Shown in pieces: positions 27,175-35,673 of a stretch of 37,980 bases of DNA (positions within the stretch are counted from its first letter, which is position 1; each line of letters opens with the position of its first letter). Under the pieces are notes generated by a model. The model had not been told where the DNA came from. It saw only the letters and a program-made list of their open reading frames with translations, and searched no databases. Position numbers and translations under genes: made by a program. Source of the stretch: Myxococcales bacterium (GTDB taxonomy: Bacteria; Myxococcota_A; UBA9042; JAGQJP01); the NCBI GenBank assembly GCA_020430585.1, contig JAGQJP010000468.1, forward strand, positions 1 through 37,980, given 5' to 3'.

Positions 27175-27220
27175 ACCTTGACGTAACGCCGAACCGATTT
27201 CTAGACAGAGGAGGAAGCGG

Positions 27221-30200
27221 ATGTCTCAAGCGATCGAGGCGCAGGTGCAGGCTCTCGTAGGCCGCGATGGCGAACGGCACGATGCGCGCAAGGCGCTCGG
27301 CACGGTCCCGGTGCTGGCGGTCGAGGGCCCCGCGGGGATCGGCAAGACCGCGCTGGTACGCGATTTGGCGCAGCAGCTGGCGGCCGAGGATTCGAAGCGC
27401 GTGGTCCACTGGGTCGACGCGCCCGAGACGGGAGATTTTCGACTGCTGCTCTATGCCATCGGACGCGCCCTCTCGGGCCCGGGCCTCGCCCTGCGCGAGC
27501 GCACCCTCGCCGACTTGCGGTACTGGGTCACGGCGCTCGTCAACGACAGCGACGCAGTGGTGATCGTCGAGGACCTGCATCGGATTCGCGACGCCGAGCT
27601 CGACGTCTTCCTGCGTTCGGTCTCGTCGCAGTTGGGGCGCGGGCGCCTGCTCGTCACCTCGCGCGAGTCGCTGAACCTGCCGATGCGCACCTCGGGGGCG
27701 CTGCCCTGGATCACCCTGGCACCCCTCGACGGCGACAGTGTCTATCGGATGGTCCAAGACGGGTACCGCGCCGCCGAGATCGATCCGCCGTCCCGCGACG
27801 AGGTCGACCGGGCGGGCGAGTTCCTCGAGGGGATTCCGGATCGCGTGCGCACGGCCTGCACGATGTCCGCCTGGGCGCGTCTGCCGTTCCACGAAGCGGC
27901 GATGCAGGCCAAGGGCGGCGACGTCCTGGACATGTTGGTGATCCAGATCGGCGCCGACCAACAGAAGGCGATGGGGACCCTCGCCTTGACGGGCTATCCG
28001 ATGCCCGAGGCGGTGCTCAAGCGCTTCGTCGACGCCGAGATCGACGTCACCGGCTACGCCTGGCAACTACTCGTCGAGCGGCGTCCCGATGGGCTCTGGC
28101 TGCCGTATCGCTATCGTCAAGCCGTCCGTCACTGCTTACGCGTCGGCCAGCGTCTGAAGGTTCACGACCAGCTCAACGACTACTACTGGGACGCCTTCAA
28201 GGACAGCGGCGACGTCGAGCTTGCCCTGCGCTCGATCGAGCACGCCCTCGAGGCCGGGCGCCCTGGCGACGCCGCCGACCGTTTCGAGCGGGTGTTGCCG
28301 ACCGCGCGACTCGAAGGGTTGCACGCCCGCGTGCTCGAGGCATCGCGGCGAATCCCCGAGCGGATGCGCGCCTCACGCCCGAAGATCACGGGCGGGATCT
28401 ACTTCTGCCGCGCCTTCCTCGGCGACAAGATGGCGCTCAAACGGCTCGAGGACGCCCTCGAGCAGGCCACGAGCGACGAGCGGGAAGGTCTGCTCGCCGA
28501 TCTCGCCTGGCTACATCGCGAGCTCGGCGATATCCAGCGCTCGATCTACTATCGGACGCGGGCGGTCGACGAGGCGCGCAAGCTCGACGAGCAGCGCAAG
28601 CTGTTGGCCCACCAGATGGAGCTCGCCGACCTGCATCTGGTGATCCGCGACTACGAGATGACGCGACGAATTCTGCGCGAGAGCCGCGAGCTCTTGATGG
28701 AGCTCGAGCAGGACATGCCTGCGATCGAGGGCAAGTACTTCCTCTGTCGCGGGATGCTGAGCCTGATCGACGGCGATCTGCGATCCGCCGAGAAGGATCT
28801 GGGGCGGGCGAAGCTGACCCTCAGCGAGGCGATGGCGTTTCGCGACGTCGGGCAGGTCGACCGTCGCGTCGGCCGCTACTACGCCGCACTCGGGAACTGG
28901 GAGAAGGCGATCGAGTCCTACCAAGAGGCGCAAGAGACGCTGCGCCGGTCGGGCGATCTGCTCGACGCGGCCGAGGTCGAGCTGATCCTCGCCGAGCTTC
29001 ACCTCTATCGCGGCGACAAAGCGCGGGCGACGGCGCTGATCGCCTCGGCCAACGAGGTGATGCGCGAAGAGTCCGAAGAGTACGCCCGCCCGCTCGAGGG
29101 GCCGATGAAGCTCTGCCGCTCGCGTCTGGCGCTGTTCGACGGTGCCCTCGTGGATGCCCGCGAGCGATTGGAAGAGGCGCTGCGCGTGATGGGCGAGACG
29201 CTCGAGCCGGATCGTCACGCCGAGCTCTCTCGTCAACTGGTCGAGCTCTATTCGGCCGATGGTAACTTCTTCCGCGCTCGCGACGTGCTCAAGCGGATGG
29301 GCGAGCTCGAGAAGGGCGATGCGATGGCGAAGGGAGCTCAGCAAGAGCGGCATCTAGCCGAAGCGTGGTATGCGCTCTACCGCGGCGAGCACGAGCGCGC
29401 CCGAACGCACGCGCAGCAGGCGCGAGAGGCGGCGCAGGGGTCACACGCCTATCTGCGCATCATGGAGTCGCTGAAGATCCTCGCGCTGGCGGCGCTCGAC
29501 GAGCACGACTTCGATCGTCTCGAGGAGGTGCTGCGCTCCCTCGAGCGGATCAAGGTCAAGTCCGACCGCGTCACCCCGCTCTACGCGCAGCTCTTCGTCG
29601 CTCGCCGAGAGGCCGAGCGCGAGCGCTGGGACGAGCTTGGGCCTGCCCTCGAGGCGCTCAAACGGGCGACACACGAGGCGGAGTTCGAGACCTTCAACGC
29701 CTGGATCGCCTTTCTCGAAGCGCGCCTCGCCGACGCCCAGGGCCGCGATCGCGAGGGCTCGGAGATCGGTGCCGAAGCGTACGAGAAAGCGAAGGCCGGC
29801 CTCTCGCTGCTGGCGGCGGAGATCGGTTTTTTCACCTCCGGCGTCGATCGACGTCGTGGAATTCCCGGCGCCGGCGATCACTATCGCCGCGAGGCGCGGC
29901 TGGTGATGGCGCATCGACCGGACCTGAAGCTGCTCGGCCTGAAGGTCGAAGAGGCGGTGCGTGCGCATCGCTTCAAGGCTGGCGATCGCACCAAAGTGCG
30001 CGAGACCGCACTCGAGCTGGATGAGGCGAGCCTCAAGCGCGCCTGGGCGAAGGCGAAGTCGCTCCATCTGCTTTCGCGGGGGACCTGCACGATGGTCAGC
30101 GCCACGGGCTCACGCGAGGTCGAGGCGGACTACCGTGATTTCGTGCCAGCCAGCGAGGCCGAGCTGATCATCGACGCCGCCGACTACACGACGTTTCGCG

Positions 30201-30514
30201 GCCGCGAGGTGATCTCCCTCGACGACAAGCGTCTGGTCCACAATCTGCTCTGCCATCTGGCACGCACCGCCAACAACCCCCAAGAGAGCTCCGAGGTCTT
30301 CACCGCGGTCTGGGCCGAGCGCTACGAGGGCGCGGAGAGCGAGTCTCGGCTCGAGACCTCGATGCGGCGCCTGCGGCAAGCTCTCGGCGGTCCCGAAGGT
30401 TCGGGGCGGTTGCTGATCACCTACTCGAGCGGCAAGCTCGGCCTCGACACGAACGCGACCTGGCTGCTCTTCGAAGAACCGCAGAAGAAGCGCTACGGAA
30501 TGCCCGACGAGTAG
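27221..30514 (+). CDS. large STAND/MalT-like NTPase - TPR - C-terminal OmpR/SARP-type winged-helix regulator
   Basis: Walker A (VEGPAGIGKTALV), Walker B (AVVIVEDLH), and about 700 aa of TPR-like helical repeats. The last about 100 aa match the Trans_reg_C pattern (LVHNLLCHLA...VFTAVWAERYEG...LETSMRRLRQALG...GKLGLD). Confidence 0.88.
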   Translation: MSQAIEAQVQALVGRDGERHDARKALGTVPVLAVEGPAGIGKTALVRDLAQQLAAEDSKRVVHWVDAPETGDFRLLLYAIGRALSGPGLALRERTLADLRYWVTALVNDSDAVVIVEDLHRIRDAELDVFLRSVSSQLGRGRLLVTSRESLNLPMRTSGALPWITLAPLDGDSVYRMVQDGYRAAEIDPPSRDEVDRAGEFLEGIPDRVRTACTMSAWARLPFHEAAMQAKGGDVLDMLVIQIGADQQKAMGTLALTGYPMPEAVLKRFVDAEIDVTGYAWQLLVERRPDGLWLPYRYRQAVRHCLRVGQRLKVHDQLNDYYWDAFKDSGDVELALRSIEHALEAGRPGDAADRFERVLPTARLEGLHARVLEASRRIPERMRASRPKITGGIYFCRAFLGDKMALKRLEDALEQATSDEREGLLADLAWLHRELGDIQRSIYYRTRAVDEARKLDEQRKLLAHQMELADLHLVIRDYEMTRRILRESRELLMELEQDMPAIEGKYFLCRGMLSLIDGDLRSAEKDLGRAKLTLSEAMAFRDVGQVDRRVGRYYAALGNWEKAIESYQEAQETLRRSGDLLDAAEVELILAELHLYRGDKARATALIASANEVMREESEEYARPLEGPMKLCRSRLALFDGALVDARERLEEALRVMGETLEPDRHAELSRQLVELYSADGNFFRARDVLKRMGELEKGDAMAKGAQQERHLAEAWYALYRGEHERARTHAQQAREAAQGSHAYLRIMESLKILALAALDEHDFDRLEEVLRSLERIKVKSDRVTPLYAQLFVARREAERERWDELGPALEALKRATHEAEFETFNAWIAFLEARLADAQGRDREGSEIGAEAYEKAKAGLSLLAAEIGFFTSGVDRRRGIPGAGDHYRREARLVMAHRPDLKLLGLKVEEAVRAHRFKAGDRTKVRETALELDEASLKRAWAKAKSLHLLSRGTCTMVSATGSREVEADYRDFVPASEAELIIDAADYTTFRGREVISLDDKRLVHNLLCHLARTANNPQESSEVFTAVWAERYEGAESESRLETSMRRLRQALGGPEGSGRLLITYSSGKLGLDTNATWLLFEEPQKKRYGMPDE

Positions 30515-30522
30515 TCGTCGTC

Positions 30523-30545
30523 GCCGGCGCGAGACGCGGACCGGC
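30523..30545. terminator. weak bidirectional hairpin between convergent genes (GCCGG..CCGGC with an inner 4-bp stem)
   Basis: By eye; no U-tract. Confidence 0.2.
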
Positions 30546-30562
30546 TAGATCCAAGATGTTGA

Positions 30563-31720
30563 CTACGGCGCCTCGGCGACGGCGGGTTGTCGCTCTGGCT
30601 CGCGTGCGACGAAGAGGTGCGCGCGGAACTGATCGAGCGTGGTGATGTCGTGGATATCATGGTCGAAGATCGGTACGATTCGAACCTGGTCGGTCTGGCA
30701 GCTCTGCTCGAGGTCGCGCACGCGGCTTCGATCGAGCTCGGAGAGGACCTCGTAGTCCTTGTAGATACGCAGCATCTTCTCGACGAAGAGCGCACCGTTC
30801 TTGCCATCGCGGATCCGTTCGAGGAGCTGCCCTTCGAGCGTCGCGTCGGCGACGGGCCAGTCGTGGGCCCGATTGACGATGAAACAGCCAAAGGGCATCC
30901 GCTCGCGTCGTAGGAGCTGGTGAAAGTAGATCCCGTCGTTGATCGACGCGGGATCGGGCGCGCAGACGACGACGAACGCGGCGCGCTCCGAGCCCAGAAG
31001 ACGTTTGACCGCCGCCGCTCGCCCTTGAAATCCGTCGTACATCGCGTTGAAGCTGTCCAGGAACGTCAGCAGATCGAGGAGGAAGTCGAAGCCGATGAAC
31101 TTGCTGATCCCTTTGAGGACGTATGAGTTGCGGTTGAAGACCCGAAATCCGACGCGGCCGAGGGTTCGCGAATAGTCCATCATCGTGCGGAACGAGCGAT
31201 TGTCGAGCAGGCGAATCAGCTTCGACGGGGCCTGGAGAAAGTCGAGGGCGTGGGCTGTCGGTGGCGTATCGAGCACGACCAGGTCGAAGCGTTTCGCCTG
31301 GTGCACTTCGTAGAGCTTCTCCATCGCCATGAATTCGTGGGTGCCGGCGAGGGCGGTCGACGCCTTTTCGTAGAACACGCTGCCGAGCAGTCGGTCTCGT
31401 GACTCTGGGTCGGGTGCGTGGGCGCGGATCAAGCCGTCGAAGGTCTCCTTGGTGTCGAGCATCAACGCCCAGAGCTCGCCGCCGGGTTTGCACCCAACCC
31501 GCTCGAGAAGGTCCGGGTCGATCCGCGTCGGTTGGCTCGGAAGCGAGCCGAGACCGAGAGAATTCGCCAATCGCTTCGCGGGATCGACGGTGAGGACCAA
31601 CACCTTCTTGCCCTCGACGGCGGCGTGCAGCGCGATCGACGCGGATGTGGTCGTTTTTCCGACTCCACCGCTGCCGACACAGAGAATGACCTCTTTCGAC
31701 GAGACCAGGTGATTCAGCAT
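30563..31720 (-). CDS. ArsA/GET3-family P-loop ATPase (single domain)
   Basis: VGSGGVGKTTTSASIAL and TVDPAKRLANSLG, plus DLVVLDTPPTAHALDFL. The ATG lies 6 nt after the pssA stop. Confidence 0.88.
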   Translation of the reverse strand: MLNHLVSSKEVILCVGSGGVGKTTTSASIALHAAVEGKKVLVLTVDPAKRLANSLGLGSLPSQPTRIDPDLLERVGCKPGGELWALMLDTKETFDGLIRAHAPDPESRDRLLGSVFYEKASTALAGTHEFMAMEKLYEVHQAKRFDLVVLDTPPTAHALDFLQAPSKLIRLLDNRSFRTMMDYSRTLGRVGFRVFNRNSYVLKGISKFIGFDFLLDLLTFLDSFNAMYDGFQGRAAAVKRLLGSERAAFVVVCAPDPASINDGIYFHQLLRRERMPFGCFIVNRAHDWPVADATLEGQLLERIRDGKNGALFVEKMLRIYKDYEVLSELDRSRVRDLEQSCQTDQVRIVPIFDHDIHDITTLDQFRAHLFVAREPERQPAVAEAP

Positions 31721-31726
31721 CTGGCG

Positions 31727-32542
31727 TTATTTCTGGGGTTCGTTGGCTTGATTCGCTTCGGGCTCGATCTCGTCGGCGGCATGATGGCGGTGCGCCCAGA
31801 GGGCTCGGCCTCCCTGGAAGAGGTTCTCCGCGAGGCCGACGACGACATAGCTCGAAAAGAGCACAACCAGCGCGAACGACGGGCGCACCTGCATCGAGAC
31901 GATCGTCGCCGCGCCAGCCAGCGCGAGCAGCACCGCCAGGGTACGCGGGTTCTTGAGCTTGAGCTTCTTGAAGGCGCGGTATCGAACCCGGCTGACCATC
32001 AGGTAGCTCAGGGCGATCACGACGAATAGCACCGAGAGCTGGCCTTGAACTTCGGTGGCGCCGCTCTGCACGTGCGCCAGGACGAGTGAGGTCAGCATTC
32101 CCGCGGCGAGGGGAATCGGCAGACCGACGAAGTCGCCCGAAGAGCTCTCGCGATTGCGGGTCGCCAGCACATTGAAACGGGCCAGTCGCCCCGCGCCGCA
32201 AGCGACGAAGAGGAAGGCGGCGAAGAAGCCGAGGTCAATACCCCACAGGTTGAGGTTCATCAGACCCCAGCGATAGACCAGAATCGCTGGGGCGACCCCG
32301 AAGGAGATCATGTCCGCCAGCGAATCGAGCTGCAGCCCGAAGTCCGACTGGGTTCGCGTCATTCGTGCGACGCGGCCGTCGACCATATCGAAGAACATCG
32401 CGAAGACAATCGCCAATGCCGCCGCCAGGAAGTCTTGCGGCGCCGTCCCGCGAAAGCTGTTCACGATCGAGTAGAGACCGCAGAAGACGCTCGACATCGT
32501 GAAGAGGTTTGGAAGAATAAACAGGGTTTTTCGCAGTTTCAT
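31727..32542 (-). CDS. pssA: CDP-diacylglycerol--serine O-phosphatidyltransferase
   Basis: The internal ATG gives MKLRKTLFILPNLFT. The CDP-alcohol phosphotransferase motif is DMVDGRVAR...G...DSLAD. Multi-TM. Confidence 0.9.
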   Translation of the reverse strand: MKLRKTLFILPNLFTMSSVFCGLYSIVNSFRGTAPQDFLAAALAIVFAMFFDMVDGRVARMTRTQSDFGLQLDSLADMISFGVAPAILVYRWGLMNLNLWGIDLGFFAAFLFVACGAGRLARFNVLATRNRESSSGDFVGLPIPLAAGMLTSLVLAHVQSGATEVQGQLSVLFVVIALSYLMVSRVRYRAFKKLKLKNPRTLAVLLALAGAATIVSMQVRPSFALVVLFSSYVVVGLAENLFQGGRALWAHRHHAADEIEPEANQANEPQK

Positions 32543-32671
32543 CGTTCCCCTCGCGGGCCAACCGCCGTCGGCGCGATTGAGAAGCAAGGATCGTACCAGC
32601 GAGCCCCAGTTCTCGCGCTCGCGCACCGCGTCGTGATCGGCGACCCACCGACTCGGCGTCTGCGTAGGTTC

Positions 32672-32689
32672 GTTCGCACGAATGCGAAC
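32672..32689. other. 7-bp stem / 4-nt loop hairpin GTTCGCA-CGAA-TGCGAAC in the truA-pssA spacer
   Basis: Read directly; no U-tract on either strand. Confidence 0.25.
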
Positions 32690-32808
32690 CGCCGCTCACA
32701 ACGCTTCAGATATAGCCTCATCCGCGCAGGACGTCAAGGAAAGCTGGTGGAGGTTCTTGAGGCTTGGCCAGCCTGCGGGCCCGATGAAGGGGTGATGTGG
32801 CCTTCGGC

Positions 32809-32830
32809 GAGCCATTTCAGCCCATGGCTC
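32809..32830 (-). terminator. hairpin GAGCCAT-8nt-ATGGCTC overlapping the truA stop codon
   Basis: 7-bp perfect stem. A 286-bp gap before pssA suggests a transcription-unit boundary here. No clear U-tract. Confidence 0.25.
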
Positions 32831-33602
32831 ACTTGGGAAACTCCGTCGGCTCGCGAAAATCTTCGAGATACTCGACGTGCTCGAGGACCAGACCTCGGGC
32901 CGGTGCGGTGGGACCTGCCAGCGTTCGGTCGCGGGCCTCGAGGAGCTCGCCGATCCACCCGGGTGGCCGACGCGATCGGCCAACCTCGACCAGCGAGCCG
33001 ACGAGATTGCGCACCATCTGGCGCAAGAAGGCGTTGCCCTTGATCTCGAAGCAGAGCAGCTCACCCCGCGGCTCGATCCGCACGTGATGGATGAAGCGAA
33101 TCGGTGAGCGCGCATCGCAGCCAGCGGCGCGAAACGAGGTGAAGTCGTGCTCTCCGCAGAGCGCGCGTGCCGCCTCACGCATCGGCTGGGCCTCGACGGG
33201 AAGGGGGATGTGCCAGCTGAAGCGATGCAGCAACGGCGCGCGGACGGGCGCGTTGTAGATCTGGTAGCGATAGATCTTGAAGACCGAGCAGCGCTTGGCC
33301 GAGAAATCCGCGGGTACGGGTTCGACGTGTCGAACCACGATCCCGCTCGGCAAGAGGCTGTTCAAGCCCCGCAAGAGACCGTGATATGGAATCGATCGCG
33401 GCGCATGGAAATGGCTGACGTGCGCCTCGGCGTGTACCCCCGCGTCGGTGCGGCTGCAGCCGTAGCTCGTGAGCGGCTCGCCATACAGCGTCCCCAGCGC
33501 TCGCTCCAGCTCGCCTTGCACCGTCGGGAGCGTCGCTTGGCGCTGCCAGCCGTAGAAGTCGGTGCCGTCGAACTGGAGCGTGAGCTTGATCGTCTCTTTC
33601 AA
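32829..33602 (-). CDS. truA: tRNA pseudouridine(38-40) synthase
   Basis: IKLTLQFDGTDFYGWQRQ, with the catalytic region GCSRTDAGVHA. The only plausible start is the TTG at 33602, which overlaps the OMP stop (TTGA) and has no SD. The rest of ORF 32829..33869 is read-through. Confidence 0.85.
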   Translation of the reverse strand: MKETIKLTLQFDGTDFYGWQRQATLPTVQGELERALGTLYGEPLTSYGCSRTDAGVHAEAHVSHFHAPRSIPYHGLLRGLNSLLPSGIVVRHVEPVPADFSAKRCSVFKIYRYQIYNAPVRAPLLHRFSWHIPLPVEAQPMREAARALCGEHDFTSFRAAGCDARSPIRFIHHVRIEPRGELLCFEIKGNAFLRQMVRNLVGSLVEVGRSRRPPGWIGELLEARDRTLAGPTAPARGLVLEHVEYLEDFREPTEFPK

Positions 33603-34306
33603 AACTCGAATGCGAGGCCGACCGTGAACGTCAGATCCGAGAGGTCGATCGAGCGCGAGCGGAAGAAGTTGTTCACCTTGGCGTAAAACAGCTCGGCGAA
33701 GAGGTAGCTGTGGTTCACGCCGACTTCGGCATCGAAGGATTTCGCTGTCCCGGGGGAGAAGAAGTCGAGCAGGAACGCGAGCCCGGCGTTGACGTGGAAG
33801 CCCCAGGTGCCGCCGTAGCCCTTCTTGCCGTCGACGACCGGAATCTTGCCCGTCGCCGTGCGCGTCCACCAGATGTAATAGTCGAAGCCGAACTTGACGT
33901 AGGGCACGAGCGGCACGTTGAACCGCTTGGCGACGTAGTCGAAGCGATAGACCAACATGATCGCCAGGGGCAGAATGTGGAACTCCGCCTTGTCGGCGCT
34001 CTTGTCCGTCCCATCGGCCGTCAGCGCCTTACCCTTGTCTCGACCGTACCCCAGCGTAAACCCGAGGCCGAAGCTCCCGACTTTCCGCCAGAACTGCCAG
34101 TCGAACTCGATCTGCGTAAAGAAGAATGGATTCGACCCGAAGATATCTTTGTAGGGCGTGCCATTCTTCACGCTCGAGTCGACCTGGGGCTTGTAGGGGC
34201 CGAACTTGAGCTCGAAGGCGAAGTTCTGAGGCGACTCCGCGCGAAGGGGCAGGGCACAGAGGCCGACCACGGCGAACGTGAACCAGGCGACAACTCGGGA
34301 TAGCAT
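33599..34306 (-). CDS. outer-membrane beta-barrel protein (myxobacterial-type small OMP)
   Basis: The internal ATG at 34306 gives the signal peptide MLSRVVAWFTFAVVGLCALPLRA. The sequence has alternating aromatic/aliphatic beta-strand periodicity and a C-terminal ..GLAFEF (terminal Phe). A TGATG junction links it to the upstream gene. Confidence 0.8.
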   Translation of the reverse strand: MLSRVVAWFTFAVVGLCALPLRAESPQNFAFELKFGPYKPQVDSSVKNGTPYKDIFGSNPFFFTQIEFDWQFWRKVGSFGLGFTLGYGRDKGKALTADGTDKSADKAEFHILPLAIMLVYRFDYVAKRFNVPLVPYVKFGFDYYIWWTRTATGKIPVVDGKKGYGGTWGFHVNAGLAFLLDFFSPGTAKSFDAEVGVNHSYLFAELFYAKVNNFFRSRSIDLSDLTFTVGLAFEF

Positions 34307-35523
34307 CAATTTCCGCCCTCCGAAGATACGAGAGTCCGCTGTAGAATGTGGCGCCGCCGTCGACGCCAGTAGACCGTGGCGCCCGCCGAAGAGAGAACCA
34401 GGAGCCAGAAGAGCCAGGCGCTTGCGCCGTAGAGCTCGATGAGCATCGCGATCGGCCAGAGGACGGCGCCGACGACGTACCGGGCGTATCGATTCTCGGC
34501 GATCGCGCTGGCCCAGATCGGGCCGTAGCTGTAGTAGGCGGCGATCAGCGATCGCCCGACGTTCGAGGTCGCGAGCACCGTGTCCCGGAAGTGGCGCAAC
34601 GAGACGACCCGCCGATCGTCGTAGCTGCCGAAGGTCGCCGTAGCGACAAAACAGAACCCGCCGTCGTCCGCGTCTTCGCCCGCGGTCTTGACATAGTGTT
34701 CGTAGAAGCCCTGGGTCTGCTCGGGCACGACGCTGACGAAGTTGGCGAAGGCACTCTCGTTGCCGTTTTCGTCGACGGCGGCGACGGTTACGTAGTAGGT
34801 GCGGCCGTTCTCGATGCTGCCCGTGAGCTGGACGCTCGTCGAGGAGGCGCTCTTCGAGTCGACGCTGTCGCGCTCCTCGAAGGTGAACTCTTTGTCCGAA
34901 TAGTAGACGCGATAGCTGTCGGCGCCCTCCACCGAGCTCCACGAGACGTTGATGTTGTTGCTGCCACCCGACGCCTCGACTCCCGAGGGGGCCGAGGGCG
35001 GCGTGAAGTCGAGCCGGACGCGCAGCTCGAGCTTCGGTTTGGCGGTCTCTTCTCCCGTGAAGCTGGCATCGGTGACGATGATCAGCATTTCCCGCTGCTT
35101 GTCCGCCGTCGTGTCGCAGTCGATGTCGATCAGCTGCTCGAATGGCACGGTGTAGCTGTAACGCGTGACCGTCGTCTGCAACGATCGGCTTCCGTCCTCG
35201 ACCAGCTTGCACTCGTCGGTCGCCGACGGCTCGTTCGAGCAGTCGTTACCGACCTCCACCGACCAGGTCCCCCCCGTCGGCGCCGGCGAGACGTCGAACG
35301 TGACCTTCAACCCGCGTCCCTGCTGCTTGTATTCAACACAGTCGTCGTGGTTGATCACGTACTCGACTTTGTTCGTCGAAATCTGTCCGAGCCGATCGTC
35401 GAGCTCGAAGGAGCTGTCGCTCGGCTCATAGGAGAACAGGGTGATCGTCGAGACCTGGGCTCGCGATACCGAGCTGAGTGGGCCCAGCAGAATCAATAGC
35501 GAAAGAATCGATGCAACGCGCAT
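34306..35523 (-). CDS. secreted FN3-domain surface protein with a C-terminal GGFCFVATATFGS...LRHFRD module and two TM helices
   Basis: The ATG at 35523 has GGGAG 6 nt upstream. Signal peptide MRVASILSLLILLGPLSSVSRAQ. FN3 signature (PSAPSGVEA..NVSWSSVEGADSYRVYYS..YYVTVAAVDENGNES). The C-terminal Cys-Phe-x-Ala-Thr-Ala box is followed by hydrophobic helices and RRRRR. Confidence 0.8.
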   Translation of the reverse strand: MRVASILSLLILLGPLSSVSRAQVSTITLFSYEPSDSSFELDDRLGQISTNKVEYVINHDDCVEYKQQGRGLKVTFDVSPAPTGGTWSVEVGNDCSNEPSATDECKLVEDGSRSLQTTVTRYSYTVPFEQLIDIDCDTTADKQREMLIIVTDASFTGEETAKPKLELRVRLDFTPPSAPSGVEASGGSNNINVSWSSVEGADSYRVYYSDKEFTFEERDSVDSKSASSTSVQLTGSIENGRTYYVTVAAVDENGNESAFANFVSVVPEQTQGFYEHYVKTAGEDADDGGFCFVATATFGSYDDRRVVSLRHFRDTVLATSNVGRSLIAAYYSYGPIWASAIAENRYARYVVGAVLWPIAMLIELYGASAWLFWLLVLSSAGATVYWRRRRRHILQRTLVSSEGGN

Positions 35524-35620
35524 ACTCGCTCCCGAGGCTGTTGCACGCCGACACTTCACGAAGCGTGCCAATCGGAAAACCCTGATATCCGAAGGATTTC
35601 AAAGGGCTGTCAGCGGTGCG

Positions 35621-35639
35621 GATTGCCAGATTGGCAATC
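35621..35639. other. perfect 8-3-8 palindrome GATTGCCA-GAT-TGGCAATC between asd and the FN3 gene
   Basis: Read directly, 35 nt downstream of the asd stop and about 100 nt upstream of the FN3 gene start. It could be a terminator stem or an operator. Confidence 0.35.
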
Positions 35640-35673
35640 GGGGACGAATTATACTCAAGTTCGTGACATTTTG

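Noticed and set aside
35544-35561. TTGGCACG on the minus strand upstream of the FN3 gene as a sigma54 promoter
   Set aside because: The -24 box is good, but the -12 position reads GTGA and lacks the near-invariant GC.
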